NCBI GenBank assembly: GCA_963819895.1
Contig: CAWFXU010000013.1
Location: 172,447-236,446, forward strand
Origin: an uncultured Gammaproteobacteria bacterium
GTDB lineage: Bacteria; Pseudomonadota; Gammaproteobacteria; Pseudomonadales; UBA5518
Reading direction: 5' to 3'
DNA: 64,000 nt
This document shows, piece by piece, positions 20,573 through 31,076 of the stretch. Below the pieces are notes generated by a model. That model was given only the letters and a program-made list of their open reading frames with translations. It was not told where the DNA came from and made no database searches. The translations under genes were made by a program, and so were the position numbers. Every line of letters begins with the position of its first letter. Position 1 is the stretch's first letter.

Positions 20573-21763
20573 TCAGCCGAGTACCAGGGTGTAGTCCTTG
20601 CGCACCAGCGGGCGATGGAGCCCGATCTGCATCACCTGCGTGCCCCCGAGCCGCTGCACGAGGCTGTCGAAGCGCAGGCGCGCGGAACCGTCGAGCGCAC
20701 GGGCCGCGCTGGCTGCCCGCTCGAAATGCCAGAGCTCGTGCGGCTTGCCGGCCTGGCGCACCGTGATGCCGCGCCAGCGGTATTCGATGGGCCCCAGCGT
20801 CGGATGCACGGCGCGCTTGCCGTCGTGCGACACGATGTGCCCCGCCGGCAGCGCCGGATTTGCGTCCAGCCACGCATTGACGCATTGCGCATTGGCACGC
20901 AGTTGCGGGCCCCAGTCGCGGAACATCAGTTCCAGAACGGGCTCCAGCGTCGGCGCAATGGCATCGTCCCCGAGCCAGCTCGCGGCAAGATCGGGGAACT
21001 CGCCGTCCGCCGTGCCCGGGCGGTTCATGCGCTCGGTCCAGCGATAGACATTCGGCGCGCGCTTCATCATCAGTCCCGCCGGCACCGGATCGCGGCCGAG
21101 GTGCGCGAACAAAGGCGCCATGAAGCCGAAGTCGGCGATGCTCGGGCGGCCGCCGAGGAGATAGGGGTGGTGCTGGAAATGGACATCCAGTGCGTCCAGC
21201 ACTTGCTCGTGGGCCGCCTCGATCGCGGGGATGGTGTCGGCATCGACGCCCAGCGAGGGCAGCATGCCGCCGAAGTAGCCCATGAACGCCGCGCCCGCCG
21301 CCAGTCGCGCCTCGCGGTCGGGCCCGGCATGTATCGCACGCCCGAATTCGGCGCGCAGGAAGTGCTCCTGCTCCGCGCGGTAACTCCAGCGATAGTGCAT
21401 GGCCGTCGCCAGCATGCCCTCGGTACCCCAGGCGTCGAGCAGGTGCGCCACGCAGCGCTGCACCGGCGTCGCGGGCAGCATGGACGGCTCCGGGAAGCGC
21501 TGCTCGAGCAACTCGATGATCTCGGTGCTGTCCTGCAGGATTTCCCCGTCGCTGGTCTCGACGACGGGAACCACCATCTGGCCCACCGCCGGCACGATTG
21601 TGCCGGCGAAGCGCGGATGACTCGGAAAGAGTTCCCGGAACGGCAGGCCTTTCTTGACCAGGTAGGAGCGCACCTTGCCGGAATACAGCGAGTGCGGCGC
21701 CCCCCACAGGATCAGCTCGTTGCCGGTTGCGGTGCTCGCGTTGGTGCCCGGTCCTGTTGTCAT
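20573..21763 (-). CDS. glutathione S-transferase-like protein with long C-terminal extension
   Basis: Intact 396-aa ORF. The N-terminal thioredoxin-fold GST_N pattern is ELILWGAPHSLYSGKVRSYLVKKGLPF...VPVVETSDGEILQDSTEIIE. A helical GST_C-like region (LLGGRPSIADFGF) follows. Confidence 0.65.
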   Translation of the reverse strand: MTTGPGTNASTATGNELILWGAPHSLYSGKVRSYLVKKGLPFRELFPSHPRFAGTIVPAVGQMVVPVVETSDGEILQDSTEIIELLEQRFPEPSMLPATPVQRCVAHLLDAWGTEGMLATAMHYRWSYRAEQEHFLRAEFGRAIHAGPDREARLAAGAAFMGYFGGMLPSLGVDADTIPAIEAAHEQVLDALDVHFQHHPYLLGGRPSIADFGFMAPLFAHLGRDPVPAGLMMKRAPNVYRWTERMNRPGTADGEFPDLAASWLGDDAIAPTLEPVLELMFRDWGPQLRANAQCVNAWLDANPALPAGHIVSHDGKRAVHPTLGPIEYRWRGITVRQAGKPHELWHFERAASAARALDGSARLRFDSLVQRLGGTQVMQIGLHRPLVRKDYTLVLG

Positions 21764-21843
21764 ATCGCTCTCCTGTGTGCATGAATCCGGATCCTGCGGG
21801 TGCGCCCGTGCTGCGCGGATCTGCGGTTACGCACGGGCGGTAT

Positions 21844-22694
21844 TCAGAACGGCTGCTCGCCGACGACGGAGGCGCGGTCCATCCGGCGCCAGGCGGGCGG
21901 GTAATCCATCACGGCATAGTGCTGGGTGCTGCGATTGTCCCAGATCGCGACGCTGTCGGGCTTCCAGCGCCAGCGCACCTGGTACTCAGGAACGTAGGCC
22001 TGGCTGATCAGGTACTGCAGCAACTCGGCGCCACCGCGGTTGTAGTCCTGGCCGCAGCGCACGTTCGCCGGGGTGTGAAAGTTGACCAGGTGCGTCGTGA
22101 AGCCGTTGACGAAGAGGATCTTCTCGCCGGTCTCGGGATGGGTGCGCACCACCGGGTGCTCCGACGTCCGGGTAGCGCGCCTTCAGGCCTCGCGTCGCTC
22201 CGGCGGCACCGGCAGCCCAGGCTGCTGATGAAGCTGTGACTGGCCCGCAGCCCGTCGATCCGGCTCTTCACGTCCTCGGGCAGATGGGCGTAGGCCGCCA
22301 CCATGTTGGCCCACATCGTATCGCCGCCCACCGGGCGGGCATTCCACGCAGCGCAGCACGCAGGCTTTCGAGGGGATCCGCCGCCAGGTGTTGTCGCTGT
22401 GCCAGATGTTCTCATAGCGCTCGGCGTCGCTTGTCCGGACGTCTTGCAGAGCTGCACCAGCCCCGGCGCGTCGGCAGGCGAGGGCAGCAGCGGATGATCC
22501 TCGAGCTCGCCCATGCGGGACACGAAGGCGACGTGGTCCTGGCGCGTGATGTTCTGGTCGCGCAGGAACAGCACCCGGTGCCTGAGCAGCGCGGCGTAGA
22601 TTTCACTGAACAGTCCGTCGTCGTGCGCGGCATCCCGCAGGCTCACGCCGAGCAGTTCGGCGCCGATGTGGCAGCTCAGTTGTTCTATCCGCAT
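21844..22694 (-). pseudogene. taurine/sulfonate dioxygenase (TauD family); about 5 frameshifts
   Basis: It reads MRIEQLSCHIGAELLGVSL...HVAFVSRMGEL. Out of frame come DAERYENIWHSDNTWRRIPSKACVLRCVECPPGG, then GDTMWANMVAAYAHLPEDV, then the final ORF 21844..22152: VRTHPETGEKILFVNGFTTHLVNF...VAIWDNRSTQHYAV. Confidence 0.8.
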
Positions 22695-22759
22695 GGGGGT
22701 TTCCTCGCGGCGCGCATTGACCGGTTCGCGCTGCTCGTTGCTGATGACCACCTCAATAG

Positions 22760-24127
<1,368 letters not shown>

Positions 24128-24198
24128 GCCAACCTCCGTTTCCTGCCTTGCCTGTGGGTCGATGGGCGCCAGTCTGCGCGAGCGCCGCGCCCGTCGTT

Positions 24199-24216
24199 CC
24201 CCCCCGGCGCGGGGGG
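24199..24216. repeat. C/G-run palindrome CCCCCCCGGCGCGGGGGG
   Basis: It is the second copy of the 18-mer seen inverted at 19466-19483. It lies in the grx/rhodanese divergent intergenic region. Confidence 0.6.
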
Positions 24217-24324
24217 CCGCCCGGTGGCGCGTCCGCACTAGGCTTGCCATCGTCGTGTCCCCGCCTGGAGAAGCAGGCCGGCGCGGCGTCTTGGACCAAT
24301 GCACGAGGCCGGCAGGTGAAGCGG

Positions 24325-24714
24325 ATGGACAGGTTCTGGTTCTGGTGGTGGCCCTTCGGGCGGGTTTCCGAAATCCCGGCGCAGGAGCTGCACGCCCTGC
24401 TGCACGAAGGCGGGCCGGCGCCCCAGATGCTCGACGTGCGCACGGTTGCCGAATGGGAGGCCGGACATATCGCCGGCACGCTGAACGTGCCGGTGACGGA
24501 GCTCGGCGCGAGGCTGGCCGCGCTGGAACTCGATCCGGGCCGCCGTGTCGTCGCCATCTGCCGCTCGGCCCGGCGCAGCATTCCCGCGGTGCGCCTGCTG
24601 CAGCAGCACGGATTCGCGCGTGCCTGCCAGTTGCAGGGCGGGATGCTCGCCTGGCAGCAGGCCGCGCTGCCGGTGGCGGGCGCCCCGGTCGCGACAAGCG
24701 ATAGTTGCAACTGA
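24325..24714 (+). CDS. rhodanese-domain sulfurtransferase-like protein
   Basis: The ATG 24325 frame reads LDVRTVAEWEAGHIAGTLNVP...VVAICRSARRS (Cys active-site loop)...GGMLAWQ. Confidence 0.75.
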   Translation: MDRFWFWWWPFGRVSEIPAQELHALLHEGGPAPQMLDVRTVAEWEAGHIAGTLNVPVTELGARLAALELDPGRRVVAICRSARRSIPAVRLLQQHGFARACQLQGGMLAWQQAALPVAGAPVATSDSCN

Positions 24715-24732
24715 TCTGGACAGGGATTCCTC

Positions 24733-25485
24733 ATGGCGAACACGCTGAAGGCGGTATGGTCACTGGTTCCGTCGCTGGCGCGGCTGGCGCGGGGCACGGT
24801 GGTCGAAGGGCATCGCAGGCGACCGGAGAAGCTGCTCGAGTTCTACGACGGGGAGTTCTGCCCGTTCTGCCGTTACGTGCGCGAGACGCTGACCGAGCTC
24901 GATCTCGATGTTCTGGTCTACCCGGTGCCCAAGCACGGCAATCGCTTCCGGCCCCGTGTGCTGGAACTGAGCGGCAAGACCGCCGTCCCGCTGCTGCACG
25001 ATCCGAACACCGGCGCAACCGTGCCGGATTCGCAGGCCATCGCGGCCTACCTCTACGAGCAGTACGGCATCGAGGGGAAGAAGCCCAGGTCGCGGCTGCT
25101 TTCGCTGTCGGTGCTGGCCACCGCGCTGCGCGGCCGCGGAGGTATGTTTGCCCACCCGAGCCGGGCGCCCGCCGCGCCGCTGGAACTGTATTCCTTCGAG
25201 GGCAGCCCGTTCGCGCGGCTGGTGCGCGAGACGCTGTGCGAGCTCGAGATCCCCTATGTGCTGCACAACGTCGGCAAGGCGCCGGGCAGCATGACCGAGT
25301 GGCTGCCGCCGGCGCTGCGCGAGCGCCTGAAGCAGGATTACCTGCCGCCGACCGCGAACCGCCGCGCGCTGCAGGAGCGTGGCGGGCGCATGCAGGTTCC
25401 CTACCTCGTCGACCCGAACACGAACACGGCCCTGTACGAATCGGCGGACATCCAGCGCTACCTGCGCGAAACCTACGGCGCCTGA
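24733..25485 (+). CDS. protein with two glutaredoxin/GST_N-like thioredoxin-fold repeats
   Basis: Intact 250-aa ORF. Repeat 1 is LLEFYDGEFCPFCRYVRETLTELDL...VPLLHDPNTG. Repeat 2 is LELYSFEGSPFARLVRETLCELEIPY...VPYLVDPNT. Confidence 0.6.
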   Translation: MANTLKAVWSLVPSLARLARGTVVEGHRRRPEKLLEFYDGEFCPFCRYVRETLTELDLDVLVYPVPKHGNRFRPRVLELSGKTAVPLLHDPNTGATVPDSQAIAAYLYEQYGIEGKKPRSRLLSLSVLATALRGRGGMFAHPSRAPAAPLELYSFEGSPFARLVRETLCELEIPYVLHNVGKAPGSMTEWLPPALRERLKQDYLPPTANRRALQERGGRMQVPYLVDPNTNTALYESADIQRYLRETYGA

Positions 25486-25529
25486 CAGCGCCGGCGCCAC
25501 GGCACGAATGCACCTGGAGGCGAAGCCCT

Positions 25530-26813
25530 ATGAAACTCGCATCGACCATCACGCTCCCCGCCGTCGGCCTGACGGGATTCGAGACGCCGCTCGACGAGGA
25601 GGAGCGCGTCATCCAGCACAGCGTGCACCGCTTCGCGCGCGACGTGCTGCGCCCGCTGGGCCGCGAGCTCGACCGCATGAGCGCCGAGGAGGTCGCCGCG
25701 CCGGGCTCTCCCTATTACAGCGTGTTCGCCGAAGTCGCCAAGCTGGGGCTGGATTCCGATCTGCTGGCGCAACTGGCTCCGGAGACGGCGATCCGCGTCG
25801 AGTCGATGATCGGCGAGGAAATGGGCTGGGGTGACGCGGGCCTGGCCGTCTCGCTCGTGGTCACGCAGTTTCCCCTCGAGATGGCGAAGGCGGCCGGCAA
25901 CCGGGAACTGGTCGAACTCAGCACCGGCCGGATCGGCTGCTGGATGATCACGCATCCCGACAAGGGCACCGACGTCGGCGGCTTCGACATGAAGCGCGAA
26001 TGGGCCGCGGGGCAACCGGGCAACAAGGGCAGCCTGCTGGCGAAGGTGCACAAGGACGAGATCGTGATCAACGGCCAGTGCTCGGCCTGGGTCTCCAATG
26101 GCGCGGTCGCGCAGGTTGCGCTGGCCTACATGAGCGCCGACTACGGCGAGGGCTACTTCGATGCCGATGGCCGTCCGCATGGTGTGACGGCGATCGTGCC
26201 GCTCGACCTGCCGGGCGTCTCGCGCGGCAAGCCGCTGGAGAAGATCGGCCAGCGCGCGCTGCCGCAGGGCGAAGTCTTCTTCGACAACGTCCGCATTCCG
26301 AAGCGTTTCGCGATCGCGCTGCGCGACGAGTACTACGGCAACGTCGCCTCGGCCTGGTCGTTCGCGGGCACGCACATGGGCCAGATGTTCACCGGTGTCG
26401 CGCGTGCCGCCTTCGAGATGGCCCTGCAGTACTGCCACGAGCGCAAGCAGGGGGGCCAGCGCCTGATCGACCACCAGCTGACCCGCTACCGCATCGGGGA
26501 CATGATGCGCCGCGTCGAGCTGTGCCGCGCCGTGGCCCGGCGCTCGCTGGCCTACGCGCGGCTGTCTCCGGCCGGGCATCCCTGGGCTACCGCCTCGGGC
26601 AAGGTCACGGTCACCGAGGAGGCCGAGAAGGTCGTCACCGAGGCATTCCGGCTGTTCGGCGGCAACGGCACCACGCGCGAGTACCCGATCGAGAAACTGG
26701 TGCGCGACGTGCGCGCGGCACTGATCGAGGATGGCGAGAACACCATGCTCACCACGCGCCTCGGCTTCCTGTGCCAGCAACTCTACGAGGAAGGCTGGGC
26801 GAGCCCCGCGTAG
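25530..26813 (+). CDS. acyl-CoA dehydrogenase family protein
   Basis: ATG 25530 is preceded by GGAGG. The family blocks GCWMITHPDKGTDVGG, YCHERKQGGQRLIDHQ and FRLFGGNGTTREYPIEKLVRD are present. The upstream part of ORF 24705..26813 is not coding. Confidence 0.85.
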   Translation: MKLASTITLPAVGLTGFETPLDEEERVIQHSVHRFARDVLRPLGRELDRMSAEEVAAPGSPYYSVFAEVAKLGLDSDLLAQLAPETAIRVESMIGEEMGWGDAGLAVSLVVTQFPLEMAKAAGNRELVELSTGRIGCWMITHPDKGTDVGGFDMKREWAAGQPGNKGSLLAKVHKDEIVINGQCSAWVSNGAVAQVALAYMSADYGEGYFDADGRPHGVTAIVPLDLPGVSRGKPLEKIGQRALPQGEVFFDNVRIPKRFAIALRDEYYGNVASAWSFAGTHMGQMFTGVARAAFEMALQYCHERKQGGQRLIDHQLTRYRIGDMMRRVELCRAVARRSLAYARLSPAGHPWATASGKVTVTEEAEKVVTEAFRLFGGNGTTREYPIEKLVRDVRAALIEDGENTMLTTRLGFLCQQLYEEGWASPA

Positions 26814-26871
26814 TAAGCGAAGCGCAGCTTCGCGCGGGGCGAGCGCGAGGCATGGATGCCGAGCTGGGCGG

Positions 26872-27029
26872 GTCGCAGGGATGCCTGCTTGCGACGGATC
26901 GATGTCGGGCTGGAAGCCCGACCGTACAACGCGATCGATGTCGATAGATGCGTTGTAGGAGCGCGACCTACGCGCGAAATCGCGGCATGAGCCGGACCTA
27001 CAGTCGGATCGATGCGCAAGCGCGATCCG
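26872..27029. repeat. cluster of REP-like palindromic units
   Basis: The units are GTCGCAGGGATGCCTGCTTGCGAC (26872-26895), GTCGGGCTGGAAGCCCGAC (26904-26922), TGTAGGAGCGCGACCTACGCGCGAAATCGCG (26954-26984) and GGATCGATGCGCAAGCGCGATCC (27006-27028). GATCGATG recurs three times. Confidence 0.6.
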
Positions 27030-27095
27030 TCCGATGGAATTGTCGGCAGTTTTTGAAGCCCGGGCAACGAAAAATTCTGACGAAGGACGAAGACA

Positions 27096-28236
27096 ATGGC
27101 CAAGTATCCCGTCGTCGTCTACGGCGCCAGCGGCTACACCGGCATGCTGATCATGGACTGGCTGATCGACCAGGACATCCCGTTCACCGCGGTCGCGCGC
27201 AACGCCGGGCGCGTCAAGGAGATGATGGCGCAGCGCGTGGTGCGGCTCGAATCGGCGACGCTACGAGATCGTCGAGGCCGAGCACACCGTCGAATCCCTC
27301 ACCACGGCGTTCCGCGGCGCGAAGGTCGTGTGCAACACGGTCGGGCCATTCGTGAATTTCGGCCTCACGGCGGTCGAGGCCGCGCTTGAAGGCCGGCTGC
27401 CACCACATCGACACCACGGGCGAGCAGGGATACATGCGCGCCGTGCGCGAGCAGTTCGGCGAGCTGTACCGCCAGGCGGGCCTGCTGGTGTCGCCCTCGA
27501 TCGCCTACATGTACACCTTCGCGGAAATTGCCGCCGAGCTGGCACTGGAAACGCATGGCGTCGATGTGCTGGAAACCGCCACGCTCTGCCGCGGACCGCG
27601 CGGCGGCGCCTCCGGCGTGACGCGTCGGCTCGACCGCCTCGATCTTCGAGCTCTTCCGCCAGGAAGCCTGCTACCTGTGGGAGAAGAAGCTGGTTGCCGC
27701 ACGCGACGGGCGCCAGCATCGCTGCTGCCGACCCCAGTTTCGTGCAACCGGTGTTCTGCGATTGCCCTGGGGCGGCACCTCGCTGCCGGTCTACTTCGAG
27801 AATGACGCGCGCGTGCGCAGTTGCAGTTCCTTCGTCGGCTTCTACGACAACAACGTGATGCAGACGGTCCACGCGCTCGGCCAGAAATGGGAAGCCGAGT
27901 ACAAGGATCTGCCGAAGGAGCAGCAGGACGGCGTGATCAAGGGCATCGTCGATTCGACCACGCCGAGCATGCCGCCGCGCGAGCGCACCACGCTGCAGCG
28001 CTCGGTGGACTTCGCTATCGGTCGCGGCCAGCTCGCGGCCGTGCGTGCCACCGTGCACGGCGTCACGCCCTACATTTCCACCGGCGCGCTGCAGGTCGCC
28101 GCGGTGGTGAAGCTGCTCGACGGCGAGACCGCGCGGGTCGGCTTCGCCTCGGGCTCCAAGGCCTTCGGACACCGCTACCTGCTCGGCTTCCTCGAGCAGC
28201 GCGGCCTGGCGCGCGCCACCGTGACGCCAGCTCTGA
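27096..28236 (+). pseudogene. saccharopine-dehydrogenase-like NAD(P)-binding reductase; about 4 frameshifts; 3' end uncertain
   Basis: MAKYPVVVYGASGYTGMLIMDWLIDQDIPFTAVARNAGR is a Rossmann block. Fragments follow in three frames: VVCNTVGPFVNFGLTAVEAAL, CHHIDTTGEQGYMRAV...SPSIAYMY, LPWGGTSLPVYFEND...KAFGHRYLLGFLEQRGL. As given, the frame runs on into the next gene. The candidate stops at 28222 and 28234 are in another frame. Confidence 0.6.
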
Positions 28237-28247
28237 GCGCCGGCGCC

Positions 28248-29821
28248 ATGGCGATCATCGACTTCTTCGATCGCGGCTGGCGCATCAATCCCGTCGGGCA
28301 CGGCCTACATCCAGGACGAGCGCCGCTACAGCTTCGAGCGAGATCGGCGCGCTGTCCTGCCGCATCGCCAATGCGCCTGCTCGCCGCGGGTTTCCCGAAG
28401 GAGACCAAGGGCGCGGTGTGGGCGGCGAACGACGTCACCGCGTGGGCCTGCACGCTGGGGTTGTGGCGCGCCAACATGTGCTGGATCCCCGTGGGCGCGC
28501 GCAACGCGGCCGAGGAGAACCACTACCTGCTCGAGGCCTTCGACTGCGAGGTGCTGTTCTTCCAGGCGGAGTTCGCACCGGTGATCGCCGAGCTGCGCGC
28601 GCGGCTGCCGCGCATCCGGCAGTGGATCTGCATCGACGCCGAGCCGGAGGACTTCCCGGGGGCGCTGTCGCTGCAGCGGTGGGTCGCCGATCAGCCCGAC
28701 ACGCGGCCCGAGGTGCCCGTCGACATGGACGACGTCGTGATGCTCTCGGCCACCGGCGGCACCACCGGCGCAGCCGAAGGGCGTGATGAACACGCATCGC
28801 AGCACGCAGACCTTCTGCGCGCACTTCATGATCGGCTGCCCCTACGGCGCCGACGACAGGCCCGGTCAATCTCGCCGCGGCGCCGATGACGCACACCGCC
28901 GGGCTGCTCTCGCTGCCGTGCACGGCGCGCGGCGGCACGGTGGTCGTGGTGACGAAGCCCGACCCGGCGCTCCTGCTGTCGGCGATTGCGCAACACCGCG
29001 TGACCGAGTTGTTCCTGCCGCCGACCGTGATCTACCGGCTGCTCGACATTCCCGACCTCGCCAGCAAGGTCGATTTCTCCTCGCTCAGATACTTGATGTA
29101 CGGCGCGGCACCGATGTCGGTGCAGAAGCTCAAGCAGGCCATCGAGATCATCGGGCCGGTGATGATGGGTGGCTACGGCCAGACCGAATGCCCGGCCTCG
29201 ATCGCCTACCTGCCGCCCGATGCGCATTTCGTCGACGGGAAGATCGCGCCCGACGAGCGCCTGTCATCGGTCGGACGGCCCAATCCGCTGGTTCGCGTCG
29301 AGATCATGGACGACGCCAACGGGATCCTCGCGCCGGGCGAGACGGGCGAGATCTGCGTGCGCGGCGATCTCGTGATGAAGGGCTATTACAAGGCGCCGGA
29401 CAAGACCGCCGAGACCATCATCGACGGCTGGCTGCACACCGGCGATGTCGGCCACATCGATGCCGAGGGCTACCTGCACATCACCGACCGCAAGAAGGAC
29501 ATGATCATCTCGGGCGGCTTCAACGTGTATCCGAGCGAGGTCGAGCAGGTCATCTGGGCGCATCCCGCCGTGCAGGACTGCGCGGTGATCGGTGTGCCGG
29601 ACGCGGCCTGGGGCGAGGCGGTGAAGGCCGTGGTCGAACTCAACGCCGGGCAACAGGTCAGCGCCGAAGAGCTCATCGCGCTGTGCAAGCAGAAGCTGGG
29701 CTCGGTCAAGGCGCCGAAAACGATCGACTTCGTTGCCTCGCTGCCGCGCAGCCCGGTGGGCAAGGTGCTGAAGAAGGATCTGCGCGCGCGTTACTGGCAG
29801 AACACCTCGCGGAAGATCTGA
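28248..29821 (+). pseudogene. AMP-dependent synthetase/acyl-CoA ligase; about 4 frameshifts
   Basis: It reads MAIIDFFDRGWRINP..., VVMLSATGGTTG then (shift) VMNTHRS..., then the ORF 28886..29821 body: YGQTECP, ICVRGDLVMKGYY, HTGDVGHIDAEGYLHITDRKKDMI, LPRSPVGKVLKKDLR. Confidence 0.85.
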
Positions 29822-29826
29822 TCACC

Positions 29827-31066
29827 ATGACTGACATCTATATCGCCGGCATTGCCATGACCGTCTTCGGTCGCCACCCGGAGCGCGGCCTGCACGATCT
29901 CGCCGGCGAGGCGCTGCAGGGGGCGCTGAAAGATGCCGGCTGCACCACCGCGGACCTCGGCGTCGCCTTCTACGCGGGCATGACCAACGGCCCGCTGCAG
30001 GGGCAGATCGCGATCCCCGGCCAGGTCGTGTTCAGCAGGATCGGCATCGAGGGGATTCCCATCTATAACGTCGAGAACGCCTGTGCCTCGGGCAGCACCG
30101 CGGTGCATCTCGCGCTGCAGAGCCTCAGGGCGGGAGCGACGGACGTCGCGCTCGCGCTCGGCGCCGAGAAGATGAACATCCCCGACAAGGCGAAGGCTTT
30201 CGCCATCTTCGAGGGCGGTTGGGACGTCTCGCGCGCCGAGGAGAACTACCGGCACGCTGGTGGAGATGGGCGCGGGCATCACGCCACCGCCGGGCTCGGA
30301 ATCCGATCGGCCTTACAGCAAGTTCATGGCCATCTACGCGGCGATGTGCCGCTGGCACATGAAGACCTATGGCACGACGCAGCGGCAGATCGCCGCCGTG
30401 TGCGCCAAGAACCACCGGCACTCCGTGCACAACCCCTATTCGCAGTTCCGCCAGCCGTTCACGGTCGAGGAAGTGCTCGCGGCGCCACCGATTACGTATC
30501 CCATCACGCTGCCGATGTGCGCGCCACTCTCCGACGGCGCAGCCGCAGCGATTCTCTGCACCGGGGAGGGGCTGCGGCGCATCGGCGCGGACCGCAGCCG
30601 CTGCATCAGGATCGCAGCGAGCGTCATGCGCAGCTTCAGCCATCGCGGCCTCGACGAACCCGAAAAGCACGTGAGCCGCCTGGCGGCACTGCAGGCCTAC
30701 GAGATCGCCGGCCTCGGTCCCGAAGACATGCACGTGGCGGAGGTGCACGACGCCTCGGCGATGGGTGAAATCATCCAGGCCGAGAACCTCGGGCTGGCAC
30801 CGCTGGGTGGCGGCGGGCCCGCGGCCGAACGCGGGGAGTTCACGCTCGGCGGCCGCATGCCGATCAACGCCTCGGGCGGCCTGGAGTCCAAGGGGCATCC
30901 GCTCGGTGCGACCGGCATCGGGCAATTGTTCGAACTGGTCACGCAATTGCGCGGGGAGGCGGGCGCGCGCCAGGTGGCCGGCGCGCGCCATGCCATCCAG
31001 GAAAACGGCGGCGGCCTGCAGGGCATCGAGGAGGCCGCCGTCGCCATTCACATCCTGAGCAAATGA
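29827..31066 (+). pseudogene. thiolase-like (SCP-x/lipid-transfer type) protein; one frameshift near 30255
   Basis: It reads MTDIYIAGIAMTVFGRHPE...IYNVENACASGSTAVHLA (catalytic Cys). After the frame change it reads NHRHSVHNPYSQF, HVAEVHDASAMGEI, GGLESKGHPLGATGIGQ. Confidence 0.8.
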
Positions 31067-31076
31067 ACCGCTGGCT

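Noticed and set aside
24705-26813. 702-aa ORF extending the acyl-CoA dehydrogenase about 275 residues upstream. A similar case is the 661-aa ORF 28783..30768.
   Set aside because: The extensions are Arg/Ala-rich out-of-frame readings of the preceding genes. Proper starts with ribosome-binding sites exist at 25530 and 29827.
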